A stretch of DNA of 64,000 bases from Candidatus Aquilonibacter sp. (GCA_035504945.1 DATJRH010000032.1:91839-155838), one strand, 5' to 3'. Positions 19,420 through 28,982 are shown, numbered from the stretch's first letter. Notes: a model not told the origin generated them from the sequence alone. Numbers and translations are program-made.

Positions 19420-20367
19420 ATGAACGAAAACCAACCCAACAAAACCCGGCCCAGCCTCTGGCAGGACACGATTGACTGCTGGCAACTCCTGTCGAACAAA
19501 ACATTTTTCTTCAGCCTGCTGGCGGCGTGGCTGGCGTTGTTTCAATTCTCGGGCAATCCCATTCTTGGTTACGTCAAAACGCCGTCGCTGTTTTCGTGGA
19601 TGCTGGACATGTATAACAACCCGACGGCGGACGACGCCCACGGCAAATTCATCCCATTTCTGGTCGTCGGACTTTTTTGGTGGAAACGCAGGGTGTTACT
19701 CGCGTTGCCGTTAAAAATCTGGTGGCCGGGATTTTTAATTTTAATTTTTGCGCTGGCGCTGCACGTTTTCGGTTTTTTGATCCAGCAGCCGTATTTTTCC
19801 ATCGTTGCGTTGTTTGCCGGCGTTTTTGGTTTGATGGGACTGGCATGGGGGCGCGACTGGCTGCGGCACTCGGTGTTTCCGTTCTGGCTTTTTATTTTTT
19901 CAATTCCGCTCGGCGAGCGCGGCCAGATCATCACTTTCCCGCTGCAACAAATCGTTTCGTGGCTGACGGAAAAATGCGCGCACGTTCTGGGAATTGACGT
20001 GATCCGCAACGGAACGCAATTGCTTGATCCGTCCGGCACTTACGCCTACGAAGTGGCGGCGGCGTGCAGCGGCATTCGCAGCCTGGTCGCCGTTTTTTTG
20101 CTGGCGGCGATTTATGGCTTCGTCGTTTTTCAATCTCCGTGGAAGAGAATTTTTCTGCTGGCACTGTCGCCACCGTTTGCCGTCCTGGGAAATTTGCTGC
20201 GAATGCTTTTGATCATCGTGGCGGCAACAATGGGCGGGCGCGCGGCGGGTGATTACGTTCACAACAATTGGCTCATCAGCCTGATTCCCTACGTGCCGGC
20301 CATCGCCGGGTTTCTGCTGGTCGGCCGCTGGCTGGAAAATCGGGAGGCAAAAAAGTTGCGCGCATGA
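19420..20367 (+). CDS. Exosortase (EpsH/Xrt family transpeptidase)
   Basis: 315-aa polytopic membrane protein with the exosortase catalytic-type signatures EVAAACSGIRS and LGNLLRM. Confidence 0.85.
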   Translation: MNENQPNKTRPSLWQDTIDCWQLLSNKTFFFSLLAAWLALFQFSGNPILGYVKTPSLFSWMLDMYNNPTADDAHGKFIPFLVVGLFWWKRRVLLALPLKIWWPGFLILIFALALHVFGFLIQQPYFSIVALFAGVFGLMGLAWGRDWLRHSVFPFWLFIFSIPLGERGQIITFPLQQIVSWLTEKCAHVLGIDVIRNGTQLLDPSGTYAYEVAAACSGIRSLVAVFLLAAIYGFVVFQSPWKRIFLLALSPPFAVLGNLLRMLLIIVAATMGGRAAGDYVHNNWLISLIPYVPAIAGFLLVGRWLENREAKKLRA

Positions 20368-21092
20368 AAAGTCAAAAATGGATTTTGTTTGCGGTCGCGC
20401 TGGCGCTGATGGCCGGCGGCGCGGCGCTGATGGAGCGGCTCAGGTCGCATCCGCAACTGGGCCGGCCGGGCATCAAGGCCGAGCCGATTGCCGGCAGCGT
20501 GGCGATGAAAATCAGCCTGCCGGAGCGCGCGCTGGATTTCACCTCGACCAATGTGCCGGAGCCGAAGGTCGTTCTGGGTTATTTGCCGGAAGATTCAAGT
20601 TATGCCGAACGCATTTATACCGCACCCGATGGTTTTTGGGTTCAAGGCACGATAGTGTTGATGGGCACCGACCGCACGAGCATTCACAACGCGGATTTTT
20701 GCATGCGCGGACAAGGCTTCGATCCATTTGCGAAAAGCGTTGTGGAAATTCCCATCGGCGGCGCGCAGCCCTATTCCTTGCCGGTTTCGGAATGGAAAGT
20801 CAGCGGCACGTTCCAACAAGCGGGCGGCGAAACGGCCAAGGTCGGCGGCGTTTATGTTTTTTGGTTTGTGGCCGACGGCGATGAAACGCCAAGCCATTTT
20901 GAAATGATGAAAAAGCTCGCGGTGCATCTGCTGAAAACCGGCGTCATGCAGCGCTGGGCTTATGTCAGCTATTTTTCGCCTTGCGCGCCGGGGCAGGAGG
21001 ACGCGGTGTTCGCGCGAATGAAAGAATTGATCGCGGCATCCGTACCCGAATTTCAGCCGCCCCCGGCCAGGCGCCAAACAGTAAAAGATTGA
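20364..21092 (+). CDS. Exosortase-associated EpsI-family protein
   Basis: The ATG overlaps the exosortase stop (ATGA). It has an N-terminal TM anchor and the EpsI-like SIHNADFCMRGQG motif. Confidence 0.7.
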   Translation: MKSQKWILFAVALALMAGGAALMERLRSHPQLGRPGIKAEPIAGSVAMKISLPERALDFTSTNVPEPKVVLGYLPEDSSYAERIYTAPDGFWVQGTIVLMGTDRTSIHNADFCMRGQGFDPFAKSVVEIPIGGAQPYSLPVSEWKVSGTFQQAGGETAKVGGVYVFWFVADGDETPSHFEMMKKLAVHLLKTGVMQRWAYVSYFSPCAPGQEDAVFARMKELIAASVPEFQPPPARRQTVKD

Positions 21093-21141
21093 ATTCCAGC
21101 ACGGATTGTTTAACCTCAAAATTCTTTACAGATAGAAAACC

Positions 21142-22539
21142 ATGCTGCGGCGCGATCGTCAAATTCGGACACAAATCCTCCAGTTGGTGGATGCCCTTCT
21201 CTTTGCACTGGGTTTTTATGTGGCGTTTGCCCTGCGCACCAATCCGCAGGTCACCGCCTGGCTGAAACTGGATGTGATCCAGCCGGAAATGTTTGAAAAT
21301 GCCGTCTGGTTGATCATTCCGTTGATGATCGCCGCGCCACTTGTTTTGGAATCGCAGGGCTTTTACAACCGTCCCGTGCCGGATTCGCGCCGGGCGGTTT
21401 TATGGCCGCTTTTTAAAGGCTGCCTGATCACAACCCTCGGCCTGGCAATAGCGACTTACGCCTTTCATTTGATCCTTCCGCGCGGCGTGGCCACGTTTTT
21501 CGGCTGCATCAGCTTCAGCCTCGTTTATCTGAAGGAAGAATTGCTGCAATTGGTCGTCCACAGCAAACTCGCGCAGTCACAGCTCAAGCGCCGTTTCATC
21601 CTCGTTGGCATGGAAAAGGAAATCACCGTGCTGCGCCGCGAACTGGAGCAGCGGGCGGACGACGACATCGAGATTGCCGCCGAATTCGACCTCAAGCAAA
21701 TGGCGGCGGGGGAACTGGTGCATCTGCTCCACGAACTTTCGGTTTATGGCGTGATCCTCAACGCCCGCCACGCCTATTTCGAACACGTCGAAAGCATCGT
21801 CAAAGCCTGCGAACTTGAAGGCGTTGAAGTCTGGCTCGTCGCCGATTTTTTTGGAACGCGGATTTCGCGCACCAGTTTCGACGAACTGCTTGGCCGCCCG
21901 CTGCTGGTTTTCCGCAGCACGCCCGAAACTTCGTGGGAGGGCCTCGTCAAACAACTTGTGGATTTTTTTGGCGCGTTGTTTTTGCTGGCGGTCACACTGC
22001 TGCCGATGTTGGCCATCGCCCTGCTGATCAAGCTCACTTCACGCGGCCCGGTGCTGTTCCGGCAAAAACGTTCCGGCCTCAACGGCGCGCCTTTCATGCT
22101 CTACAAATTTCGCACCATGGTCACCAATGCCGAGCAGTTCAAACACGAACTCGAAGCCATGAACGAAATGAGCGGCCCCGTTTTCAAGGTCACCAACGAC
22201 CCGCGCGTGACGCGGCTGGGGAAATTTTTGCGCCGTTACAGCCTCGACGAATTACCGCAGCTCTGGAACGTCCTGCGCGGCGAAATGAGCCTCGTCGGCC
22301 CGCGCCCGCTGCCCGTGGATGAAGTCAAGCGCTTTAACGATTTCGCCCATCGCCGCCGCTTGAGCGTCAAGCCCGGCCTCACCTGTCTCTGGCAGGTCAG
22401 CGGCCGCAACAAAATTTCCGACTTCCGGGACTGGGTGCGCCTCGATTTGGAATACATTGACAACTGGTCGCTCTGGCTTGATTTGAAAATTTTGTTCAAA
22501 ACCATTCCCGCCGTCTTCGCCGGCACGGGAGCGAAGTAA
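21142..22539 (+). CDS. Polyprenyl-phosphate sugar phosphotransferase (WbaP/EpsB-type priming glycosyltransferase)
   Basis: N-terminal TM bundle plus the C-terminal bacterial sugar transferase domain (LYKFRTM, GPVFKVTNDPRVTRLGKFLRRYSLDELPQLWNVLRGEMSLVGPRP). Confidence 0.85.
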   Translation: MLRRDRQIRTQILQLVDALLFALGFYVAFALRTNPQVTAWLKLDVIQPEMFENAVWLIIPLMIAAPLVLESQGFYNRPVPDSRRAVLWPLFKGCLITTLGLAIATYAFHLILPRGVATFFGCISFSLVYLKEELLQLVVHSKLAQSQLKRRFILVGMEKEITVLRRELEQRADDDIEIAAEFDLKQMAAGELVHLLHELSVYGVILNARHAYFEHVESIVKACELEGVEVWLVADFFGTRISRTSFDELLGRPLLVFRSTPETSWEGLVKQLVDFFGALFLLAVTLLPMLAIALLIKLTSRGPVLFRQKRSGLNGAPFMLYKFRTMVTNAEQFKHELEAMNEMSGPVFKVTNDPRVTRLGKFLRRYSLDELPQLWNVLRGEMSLVGPRPLPVDEVKRFNDFAHRRRLSVKPGLTCLWQVSGRNKISDFRDWVRLDLEYIDNWSLWLDLKILFKTIPAVFAGTGAK

Positions 22540-22639
22540 ACTCGTTGAATGGTTTAATCGTTGAACCGTTGAACCGTTTCGCTATGCTTGCACCTCGCAA
22601 CTTGGCGATCTAACGATTCAACCGTTTAACGATGCAACG

Positions 22640-23572
22640 ATGAAAACATCCGTCGTCACTGGCGCTGCCGGCTTTCTCGGCTCGCACCTTACCGATTTGC
22701 TGCTCGCGCGCGGCCACAAAGTCATCGGCCTCGACAATTTTGTCACCGGCAGCGTGGACAACATTTCGCACCTCGGCGGCAATCCCCATTTCAAATTCAT
22801 CCAGCAGGACGTGACGGAATTTATTTTTCTCGATTGCCCGGTGGATTACGTCTGGCATTTTGCATCGCCCGCCAGCCCGATTGATTATCTCGAACTGCCG
22901 ATTCAAACCTTGAAAGTCGGCTCGCTCGGCACGCACAAGGCGCTCGGCCTGGCCAAAAATAAAAAGGCGCGCTTTCTGATTGCCTCGACTTCGGAAATTT
23001 ACGGCGATCCGCTCGTGCATCCCCAAACCGAGGAATACTGGGGCAACGTCAACACCATCGGCCCGCGCGGTTGTTACGACGAAGCCAAGCGTTTTGCCGA
23101 GGCGATGACGATGGCCTACCACCGCGAACACAAAGTCGAGACGCGCATCGTGCGGATTTTCAACACTTACGGCCCGCGCATGAGGCTGAATGACGGCCGC
23201 GTCGTCCCGGCATTCGTCAGCCAGGCATTGAAGAACGAACCTGTCACCGTTTTCGGCGAGGGCAGACAAACGCGCAGCTTTTGCTACGTCTCGGATTTGA
23301 TTGAAGGCATTTATCGCCTGATGATGAGCGATTACGATTTGCCGGTGAACATCGGCAACCCGACTGAAATGACGATGCTGCAATTCGCCGAGGAAATCAT
23401 CCGCGCGACCAAATCCAAAAGCAAAATCGTTTTCAAACCGCTGCCGCAGGACGATCCGAAACAGCGCAAGCCCGACATCACGAAAGCCAAAAAAATCCTC
23501 GGCTGGGAACCCAAAGTGCCGCTGGCCAAGGGACTGACGGACACCATTGCCTACTTCCGCGCGCGAGTTTAA
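22640..23572 (+). CDS. uxs: UDP-glucuronate decarboxylase (UDP-xylose synthase)
   Basis: Extended SDR with [25 protein letters not shown] and [12 protein letters not shown], typical of UXS. Confidence 0.85.
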   Translation: MKTSVVTGAAGFLGSHLTDLLLARGHKVIGLDNFVTGSVDNISHLGGNPHFKFIQQDVTEFIFLDCPVDYVWHFASPASPIDYLELPIQTLKVGSLGTHKALGLAKNKKARFLIASTSEIYGDPLVHPQTEEYWGNVNTIGPRGCYDEAKRFAEAMTMAYHREHKVETRIVRIFNTYGPRMRLNDGRVVPAFVSQALKNEPVTVFGEGRQTRSFCYVSDLIEGIYRLMMSDYDLPVNIGNPTEMTMLQFAEEIIRATKSKSKIVFKPLPQDDPKQRKPDITKAKKILGWEPKVPLAKGLTDTIAYFRARV

Positions 23573-23741
23573 ATCCATTTGCGATTTATGCGCCGGTTGA
23601 AAACCATTTCCAATTTTCACAAGAAGTTGCAGTAATTCAAACCATGTCACTTGCTTTTAACTTGCGAAATGTCCACGGCTGTGGTTTTCTTAATTTTACC
23701 TCCCGCCGCAGTTTTGCCGGCGGCGGAAGCATAAACCGATT

Positions 23742-24881
23742 ATGAAAATTGCGTCGTTGCCGCGAAAAGTGGCGCGCGGACTGCCCTATTTGGGCAAGGA
23801 ATTGCGCGCCATCGTTTCCGACCACACGCCGTTTTTCATCGGGCTGCCCCGTACCGTCCACATCTGGCGTGGCGCGCCCTGCAACGCCAAGTGCATCATG
23901 TGCAATTACGGCTACCTCAAAGGCGACGCGCTCAAGGAAATTTCCCGCTCCAGTTTCACCGACGAAATGATGCCAAGCACGCTGTCGCAAATCCATGAAT
24001 TGTGCGGCGGCGGCACGCTGGTTTCCTACATGGGCGGCGAACCGACCACCAGCCGCAACCTCACCGAATGGATTGAGCAGGCCGGAAAACTCGGACTGGA
24101 TTTTCGCTTCACCACCAACGGCTACATCATGAGCGAGGAAATGGCCAACCGCCTTGTCGCCGCCGGTTTGTTCAACATCGGCGTTTCGCTGGAATCGCTC
24201 GACCCGAAAATCAACGAAGTCATCCGGCCGCATCCCGAAGGCACGGCGAAAACGATTCGTTGCATTGATTTGCTCTTGCAGGCGCGCGCGCGGCAGAAAA
24301 AGCATTTAAGCATCAACGTCAAGACCGTCCTCACCGAAATCAATCTCGAATCCTTCATCGAAATCACCAAACGCTACGGCAAAATCGAAGGCATGATGTG
24401 CACGCCACAAATGTTCGAGCCGATGGACGGCATGCCGCCCGCCACCAAGGAAATGCTTTACATCAAGGACATCAGCCGCCTTCAGCGCCTCACTGATCAA
24501 ATCCGCGAACTGAAGCGCGACGGCTACGCCATCCACGTCACCGAGCACGGACTGGATGAAATGGTGAAACTTTATCGCGACGGCGTCGGCCAAGAATTCA
24601 CCATGCACAACAAAAAGCTGGAAATGGATCCGTCCGAACCCCAGTGCAACATCGGCACGGACAGCATGTGGATTCATGACGGCCAGGTGAAGCTTTGCCC
24701 CTATCATCCGCCCATCGGCAACGTAGTGACGGAGACAAAAACTTTGAAGGAAATCTGGAACAGCGAAATCACCCGGCAGGTCCGCGCCGGGACGCGCGCC
24801 TGCCGACGGCTTTGCACCATTTCCTGCCTGCGCCGCACGCCGCTCACACACAAAGTTTCCACTTTTCTGAAAATCGCCTAG
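23742..24881 (+). CDS. Radical SAM protein with a Cys-rich C-terminus; function unknown
   Basis: CNAKCIMCNY matches the CX3CX2C radical-SAM cluster motif, and a GGEPT SAM-binding motif is present. The C-terminal cysteines (CX16C ... CX3CX3C) may bind an auxiliary Fe-S cluster. Confidence 0.75.
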   Translation: MKIASLPRKVARGLPYLGKELRAIVSDHTPFFIGLPRTVHIWRGAPCNAKCIMCNYGYLKGDALKEISRSSFTDEMMPSTLSQIHELCGGGTLVSYMGGEPTTSRNLTEWIEQAGKLGLDFRFTTNGYIMSEEMANRLVAAGLFNIGVSLESLDPKINEVIRPHPEGTAKTIRCIDLLLQARARQKKHLSINVKTVLTEINLESFIEITKRYGKIEGMMCTPQMFEPMDGMPPATKEMLYIKDISRLQRLTDQIRELKRDGYAIHVTEHGLDEMVKLYRDGVGQEFTMHNKKLEMDPSEPQCNIGTDSMWIHDGQVKLCPYHPPIGNVVTETKTLKEIWNSEITRQVRAGTRACRRLCTISCLRRTPLTHKVSTFLKIA

Positions 24882-24891
24882 ACTGCGGCGA

Positions 24892-25737
24892 ATGATTTTT
24901 CGCGCGCGCCAGTTTGAATTTATTTTTCCGCGCCCGACGCTCGTCATGGGCGTCGTCAACGTCACACCCGATTCCTTTTCCGATGGCGGCCGATTTCTGA
25001 ACGCGAACGCCGCCGTCGAACACGCGCTCAGGCTCGCGGGGCAGGGCGCGGATATTCTGGACATTGGCGGCGAATCCACCCGGCCCGGCGCGGAACCGGT
25101 CGAAGAAAAAGAAGAATTGCGCCGCGTAATACCTGTCATCGAAAATTTGGCGGCAAAAATTAAAATCCCGCTTTCGATTGACACCGTGAAGCCCGCCGTC
25201 GCGCGCGCGGCGTTGCAGGCGGGCGTGAGCATTGTCAACGATGTCGGCACCGGCCGCGAAGGCGCTTCGATGTGGAAGGTGGTTTCGCAGTTTCGCGCAG
25301 GTTACATTTGCACCCACGCGCAGGGTGAACCGAGAACGATGCAGCAAAATCCGGCCTACGCGGATGTCGTTCGCGAAGTCGGCGAATTCTTTTTGGAGCG
25401 GCTGACGTTCATGCTGAACGAGGCCGGCATCGCGGCGGAGCAGATCGCGCTGGACCCCGGCATTGGCTTTGGAAAAACGCTTGAGCACAATTTGGAATTG
25501 CTGGCAAACTTGCGGAGCTTTGCAAAGTTGCGCCGCCCCCTGCTGGTCGGTGTTTCGCGCAAGTCGTTCATCGAAAAATTGCTCGGGGCAAAGGTGAATG
25601 AGCGCTTGCCAGCCTCGCTCGCGTGCGCGACTCTGGCGGTGGCCGACGGCGCGCAAATCATCCGCGCGCACGATGTGGCGGAAACAGTTCAGGCCGCGCG
25701 CATGGCGGAAGCCCTGCTTGCGCGAAGGAAAAAATAA
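24892..25737 (+). CDS. folP: Dihydropteroate synthase
   Basis: VMGVVNVTPDSFSDGG, DIGGESTRPG and DPGIGFGK motifs are present. Confidence 0.9.
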   Translation: MIFRARQFEFIFPRPTLVMGVVNVTPDSFSDGGRFLNANAAVEHALRLAGQGADILDIGGESTRPGAEPVEEKEELRRVIPVIENLAAKIKIPLSIDTVKPAVARAALQAGVSIVNDVGTGREGASMWKVVSQFRAGYICTHAQGEPRTMQQNPAYADVVREVGEFFLERLTFMLNEAGIAAEQIALDPGIGFGKTLEHNLELLANLRSFAKLRRPLLVGVSRKSFIEKLLGAKVNERLPASLACATLAVADGAQIIRAHDVAETVQAARMAEALLARRKK

Positions 25738-26624
25738 TGTTGTGGACTTGGTTCCAGGACGGCTGGCGTCCCGCGTTGGAAATTTTCATCCTCGCGGTGA
25801 CGATTTATTTCATATCGCGTTTCCTGCGCGGCACGCGCGGCTGGCCGGTCGTGGTTGGTTTTGTCGTCGTTTTGCTGGTGCTGAAGGCTGTGGCGAGGGT
25901 TTTGGATTTTCTGGATTTGCAGGTGTTGAGCTTGCTGCTGGACAACGCATCCTGGCTTATCGCATTTGGCGCGCTGGTGATTTTTCAACCTGAACTGCGC
26001 CGGATTCTGTCCGAGCTGGGCAACCTGCCGCTGTTCGCCACTATACATGAACAGCGCGAAAGCATCGAGGTCATCGTCCAAACCTGCGAGCGGCTCGCCG
26101 AGGTGAAAATCGGCGCGCTCATCGCCATCGAACAAACCATCCAGCTTCACGAAGTCGTCGAGTCCGGCGTGGCGGTGGATTGCGAGGCGACGCCGGAAAT
26201 GCTTGAAACCATTTTTTTCCCGAACAATGCGATTCACGACGGCGGCGTCATCATCAAAGGCGACCGTATTGCTTACGCCGCGTGCATTTTTCCGCTGACG
26301 CAGCGGCAGGATTTGAACAAATCGCTTGGCACGCGCCATCGGGCGGCCATTGGCTTGAGCGAGGAAACGGACGCCGTTATCGTCGCCGTTTCGGAAGAGA
26401 CGGGAATGATTTCGCACGCTTACAAAGGCCAGTTGGTGCGCGGCGTCACGCTCGAGGAACTGCGCGCATTTCTGACCTTGGTCATCGTGCAGCCCGAAAA
26501 AGGGCGCAGCGGCCTCGAATGGCTCCGCAACCAATTCATCCAGCGCTACAAGCCGCGCGCCGCCGTCATCACCAAACACGAAACGCATTCCGCCAAACAT
26601 GAAAAGAAGCTGCCGGCTGCCTAG
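25737..26624 (+). CDS. cdaA: Diadenylate cyclase (c-di-AMP synthase), membrane-anchored CdaA type
   Basis: Three N-terminal TM helices plus a DAC domain (GALIAIE, HDGGVII, LGTRHRAAIGLSE). The ATG at 25737 overlaps the folP stop (TAATG). Confidence 0.85.
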   Translation: MLWTWFQDGWRPALEIFILAVTIYFISRFLRGTRGWPVVVGFVVVLLVLKAVARVLDFLDLQVLSLLLDNASWLIAFGALVIFQPELRRILSELGNLPLFATIHEQRESIEVIVQTCERLAEVKIGALIAIEQTIQLHEVVESGVAVDCEATPEMLETIFFPNNAIHDGGVIIKGDRIAYAACIFPLTQRQDLNKSLGTRHRAAIGLSEETDAVIVAVSEETGMISHAYKGQLVRGVTLEELRAFLTLVIVQPEKGRSGLEWLRNQFIQRYKPRAAVITKHETHSAKHEKKLPAA

Positions 26625-26638
26625 CTGATTTACCCGTT

Positions 26639-27037
26639 ATGCGCGATTGGCTGACAAAAGATTTCGGATGGAAAATTTTTTCCGTCATTCTGGCCCTCGT
26701 CATCTGGTTCACCGTCCGCAACGGTGGCGACGAATCCGGCGGACCCGGCTTGTTGTCCGTTCAAAAAACCTGCACCAACGTTGTCTCCGCCGTTTTCGCC
26801 GACGTCGGCGCGCAGAATGTCCTTATCAAAACGAACACCGTCGTGGTCACCGTCAGCGGCTCGCCGGACGTGATCGCGGCGTTGACCCCTGACAACCTTC
26901 ACGCCATCGTCAACCTCGCCGGAATTGATGCGGCGCATGATACGAAATTCCGCGTGGAAGTGGCCGTGCCGCCGCGGGTGACGCTTTTGAATGTTGACCC
27001 GCCGGACGTGACGGTCACAATTTCCACCAACCAATGA
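26639..27037 (+). CDS. Single YbbR-domain protein (short CdaR-like regulator)
   Basis: N-terminal anchor WKIFSVILALVIWFTV followed by one YbbR-like beta domain. It sits between cdaA and glmM, and its stop overlaps the glmM start (ATGA). Confidence 0.6.
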   Translation: MRDWLTKDFGWKIFSVILALVIWFTVRNGGDESGGPGLLSVQKTCTNVVSAVFADVGAQNVLIKTNTVVVTVSGSPDVIAALTPDNLHAIVNLAGIDAAHDTKFRVEVAVPPRVTLLNVDPPDVTVTISTNQ

Positions 27038-28416
27038 CCGCGCCGAAAAAAATCTTCGGGACCGACGGCGTCCGCGGCACCGCGAACGTCGAACCCGTCA
27101 CCGCCGAAACCGCGCTCAAGCTCGGACGCGCCGCCGCGCACGTCTTCAAAAATCTCAGCAAACAGGCGCGCGGCCACGGCAGGCACAAAATCGTCATCGG
27201 CAAGGACACGCGCCTGTCCGGCTACATGATTGAAAACGCCATTTCGTCCGGCATCCTTTCGATGGGCGCGGACGTTTTGTTCATCGGCCCGCTGCCCACA
27301 CCCGGCGTCGCCTACATCACGCGCAGTCTGCGCGCCGATGCGGGTATCGTCATCACTGCCTCGCACAATCCCTACGCCGACAACGGCATCAAATTCTTCC
27401 GCGCCGACGGCTACAAACTCGACGACAAGATTGAAAGCGAAATTGAGCACCTCGTCTTCGGCGGCGAAATCGAAAAAGTCCGGCCCACCGCCGCGGAAAT
27501 CGGCAAGGCCGTCCGCATTGACGATGCGCTGGGCCGCTACATCGAATTTGCCAAGGCCGGCTTCCCAAAAAATCTCACGCTTGAAAACCTGCGCATCGTC
27601 GCGGACTGCGCGCACGGCGCAGCCTACAAATCCACGCCTTGCGTCCTGCGCGAACTTGGCGCCGAAGTCATCGTTTATGGCAACGCGCCCGACGGCAAAA
27701 ACATCAACGAAAATTGCGGCTCGATGTTTCCTAAAAATCTTTGCGCCAAGGTCGTCGAGCATAAGGCGCATCTGGGCATCGCGCACGACGGCGACGCCGA
27801 CCGCGTTTTGCTCTGCGACGAAAATGGCAAATTGATTGACGGCGACGACATCATGGCCATTGCCGCGCTGGAAATGCTCGAACAAAAAACGCTGGCGGAA
27901 AAAACGCTCGTCGCCACCGTGATGAGCAATGCCGGCCTCGAAGCCGCGATAAAAAAAGCCGGCGGCAAAATCGTCCGCGCGCCCGTCGGCGACAAAAACG
28001 TGATTGATGAAATGCTCAGGCACGGCTTCAACTTCGGCGGCGAGCAGAGCGGCCATTTGATTTTTCGCGATTTTAGCACGACTGGCGATGGCCTGGTCGC
28101 CGCGCTGCAAATTTTGCGGATCATGAAGACGAAGGGGCAGCCGCTCTCCAAACTCGCGCGATGCTGGACGCGCTTCCCGCAACTCGTGGCCAACGTGAAA
28201 GTGCGCGAGAAAATTCCGTTCGAGCAAATCAACGGCGTCATGAAACTGGTGGCCGACGCGGAAAAAGATTTGCAGGCGCAAGGCGGACGCTTGCTGCTGC
28301 GTTATTCTGGCACCGAACCGAAGGCGCGCCTGCTGCTCGAAGGCAGCGACGCGAAAGTTTTGGAAAACTGGTCGCAAAAAATCTGCGGCGCGATTCAAAA
28401 GCAGGTTGGCGCTTAA
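27034..28416 (+). CDS. glmM: Phosphoglucosamine mutase
   Basis: GTDGVRG, the phosphoserine loop ITASHNP, DGDADR and GGEQSGH are all present. Confidence 0.9.
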   Translation: MTAPKKIFGTDGVRGTANVEPVTAETALKLGRAAAHVFKNLSKQARGHGRHKIVIGKDTRLSGYMIENAISSGILSMGADVLFIGPLPTPGVAYITRSLRADAGIVITASHNPYADNGIKFFRADGYKLDDKIESEIEHLVFGGEIEKVRPTAAEIGKAVRIDDALGRYIEFAKAGFPKNLTLENLRIVADCAHGAAYKSTPCVLRELGAEVIVYGNAPDGKNINENCGSMFPKNLCAKVVEHKAHLGIAHDGDADRVLLCDENGKLIDGDDIMAIAALEMLEQKTLAEKTLVATVMSNAGLEAAIKKAGGKIVRAPVGDKNVIDEMLRHGFNFGGEQSGHLIFRDFSTTGDGLVAALQILRIMKTKGQPLSKLARCWTRFPQLVANVKVREKIPFEQINGVMKLVADAEKDLQAQGGRLLLRYSGTEPKARLLLEGSDAKVLENWSQKICGAIQKQVGA

Positions 28417-28419
28417 TTA

Positions 28420-28881
28420 TCAAAAATTTTTAGTCCACCCCGATCCCTCCATGTCGAGAAAATCCGCGCCAAGTTTCCAAGTCAGTGTTTTTGTGCGTTC
28501 ATCCACAGAAATGTAAGCACCGGCTGGGACGATATTGTAAGCTCCCCTTTTGAAAAAAATTCCACCTGGCGCGAGACGATCACCGGTTATACTTCCATTT
28601 TGAAGCGTTCTATACTCAATCTGCCTCGGAGCTTGGAAATAAAAATATTCGTTGTCTTCCGCTTCAAGCAGATATGTGCCGTCCGGAAATCTTATGCCCT
28701 TTGTCAGCGCGAATGCGGTGTCATACCAAACCATTGGTTCTTTGAGGGTGACTGACTTTGTCTGGTACGACAGCGGCGACACTGTTCGAGTTTCGCTTGT
28801 GACTGGCGACATTGGAATGACACAGCCGTTTATCAACACGACAATCAATATCAGCAGGAAATAAATTGAGGGGATTTTCAT
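28420..28881 (-). CDS. Small lipoprotein, unknown function (AT-richer gene)
   Basis: The ATG at 28881 gives MKIPSIYFLLILIVVLINGC (lipobox). The stop lies 3 nt from the glmM stop. Three 60-nt lines tallied at about 42-50% GC, against about 55% for one glmM line just upstream. Confidence 0.55.
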   Translation of the reverse strand: MKIPSIYFLLILIVVLINGCVIPMSPVTSETRTVSPLSYQTKSVTLKEPMVWYDTAFALTKGIRFPDGTYLLEAEDNEYFYFQAPRQIEYRTLQNGSITGDRLAPGGIFFKRGAYNIVPAGAYISVDERTKTLTWKLGADFLDMEGSGWTKNF

Positions 28882-28982
28882 TGATTGGATTGTCAGTATG
28901 GTCAACTACAGACACCTAAATCGCAAGCCGCAAATGTCCCGCGCTTTACTTTCCCGGTTTTGTCGCGCAAATTTAGCAGAGC

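Noticed and set aside
26899-28398. 499-aa minus-strand ORF
   Set aside because: It is antisense to glmM, which has all four phosphohexomutase motifs. Long stop-free antisense frames of conserved GC-rich genes are a known artefact.
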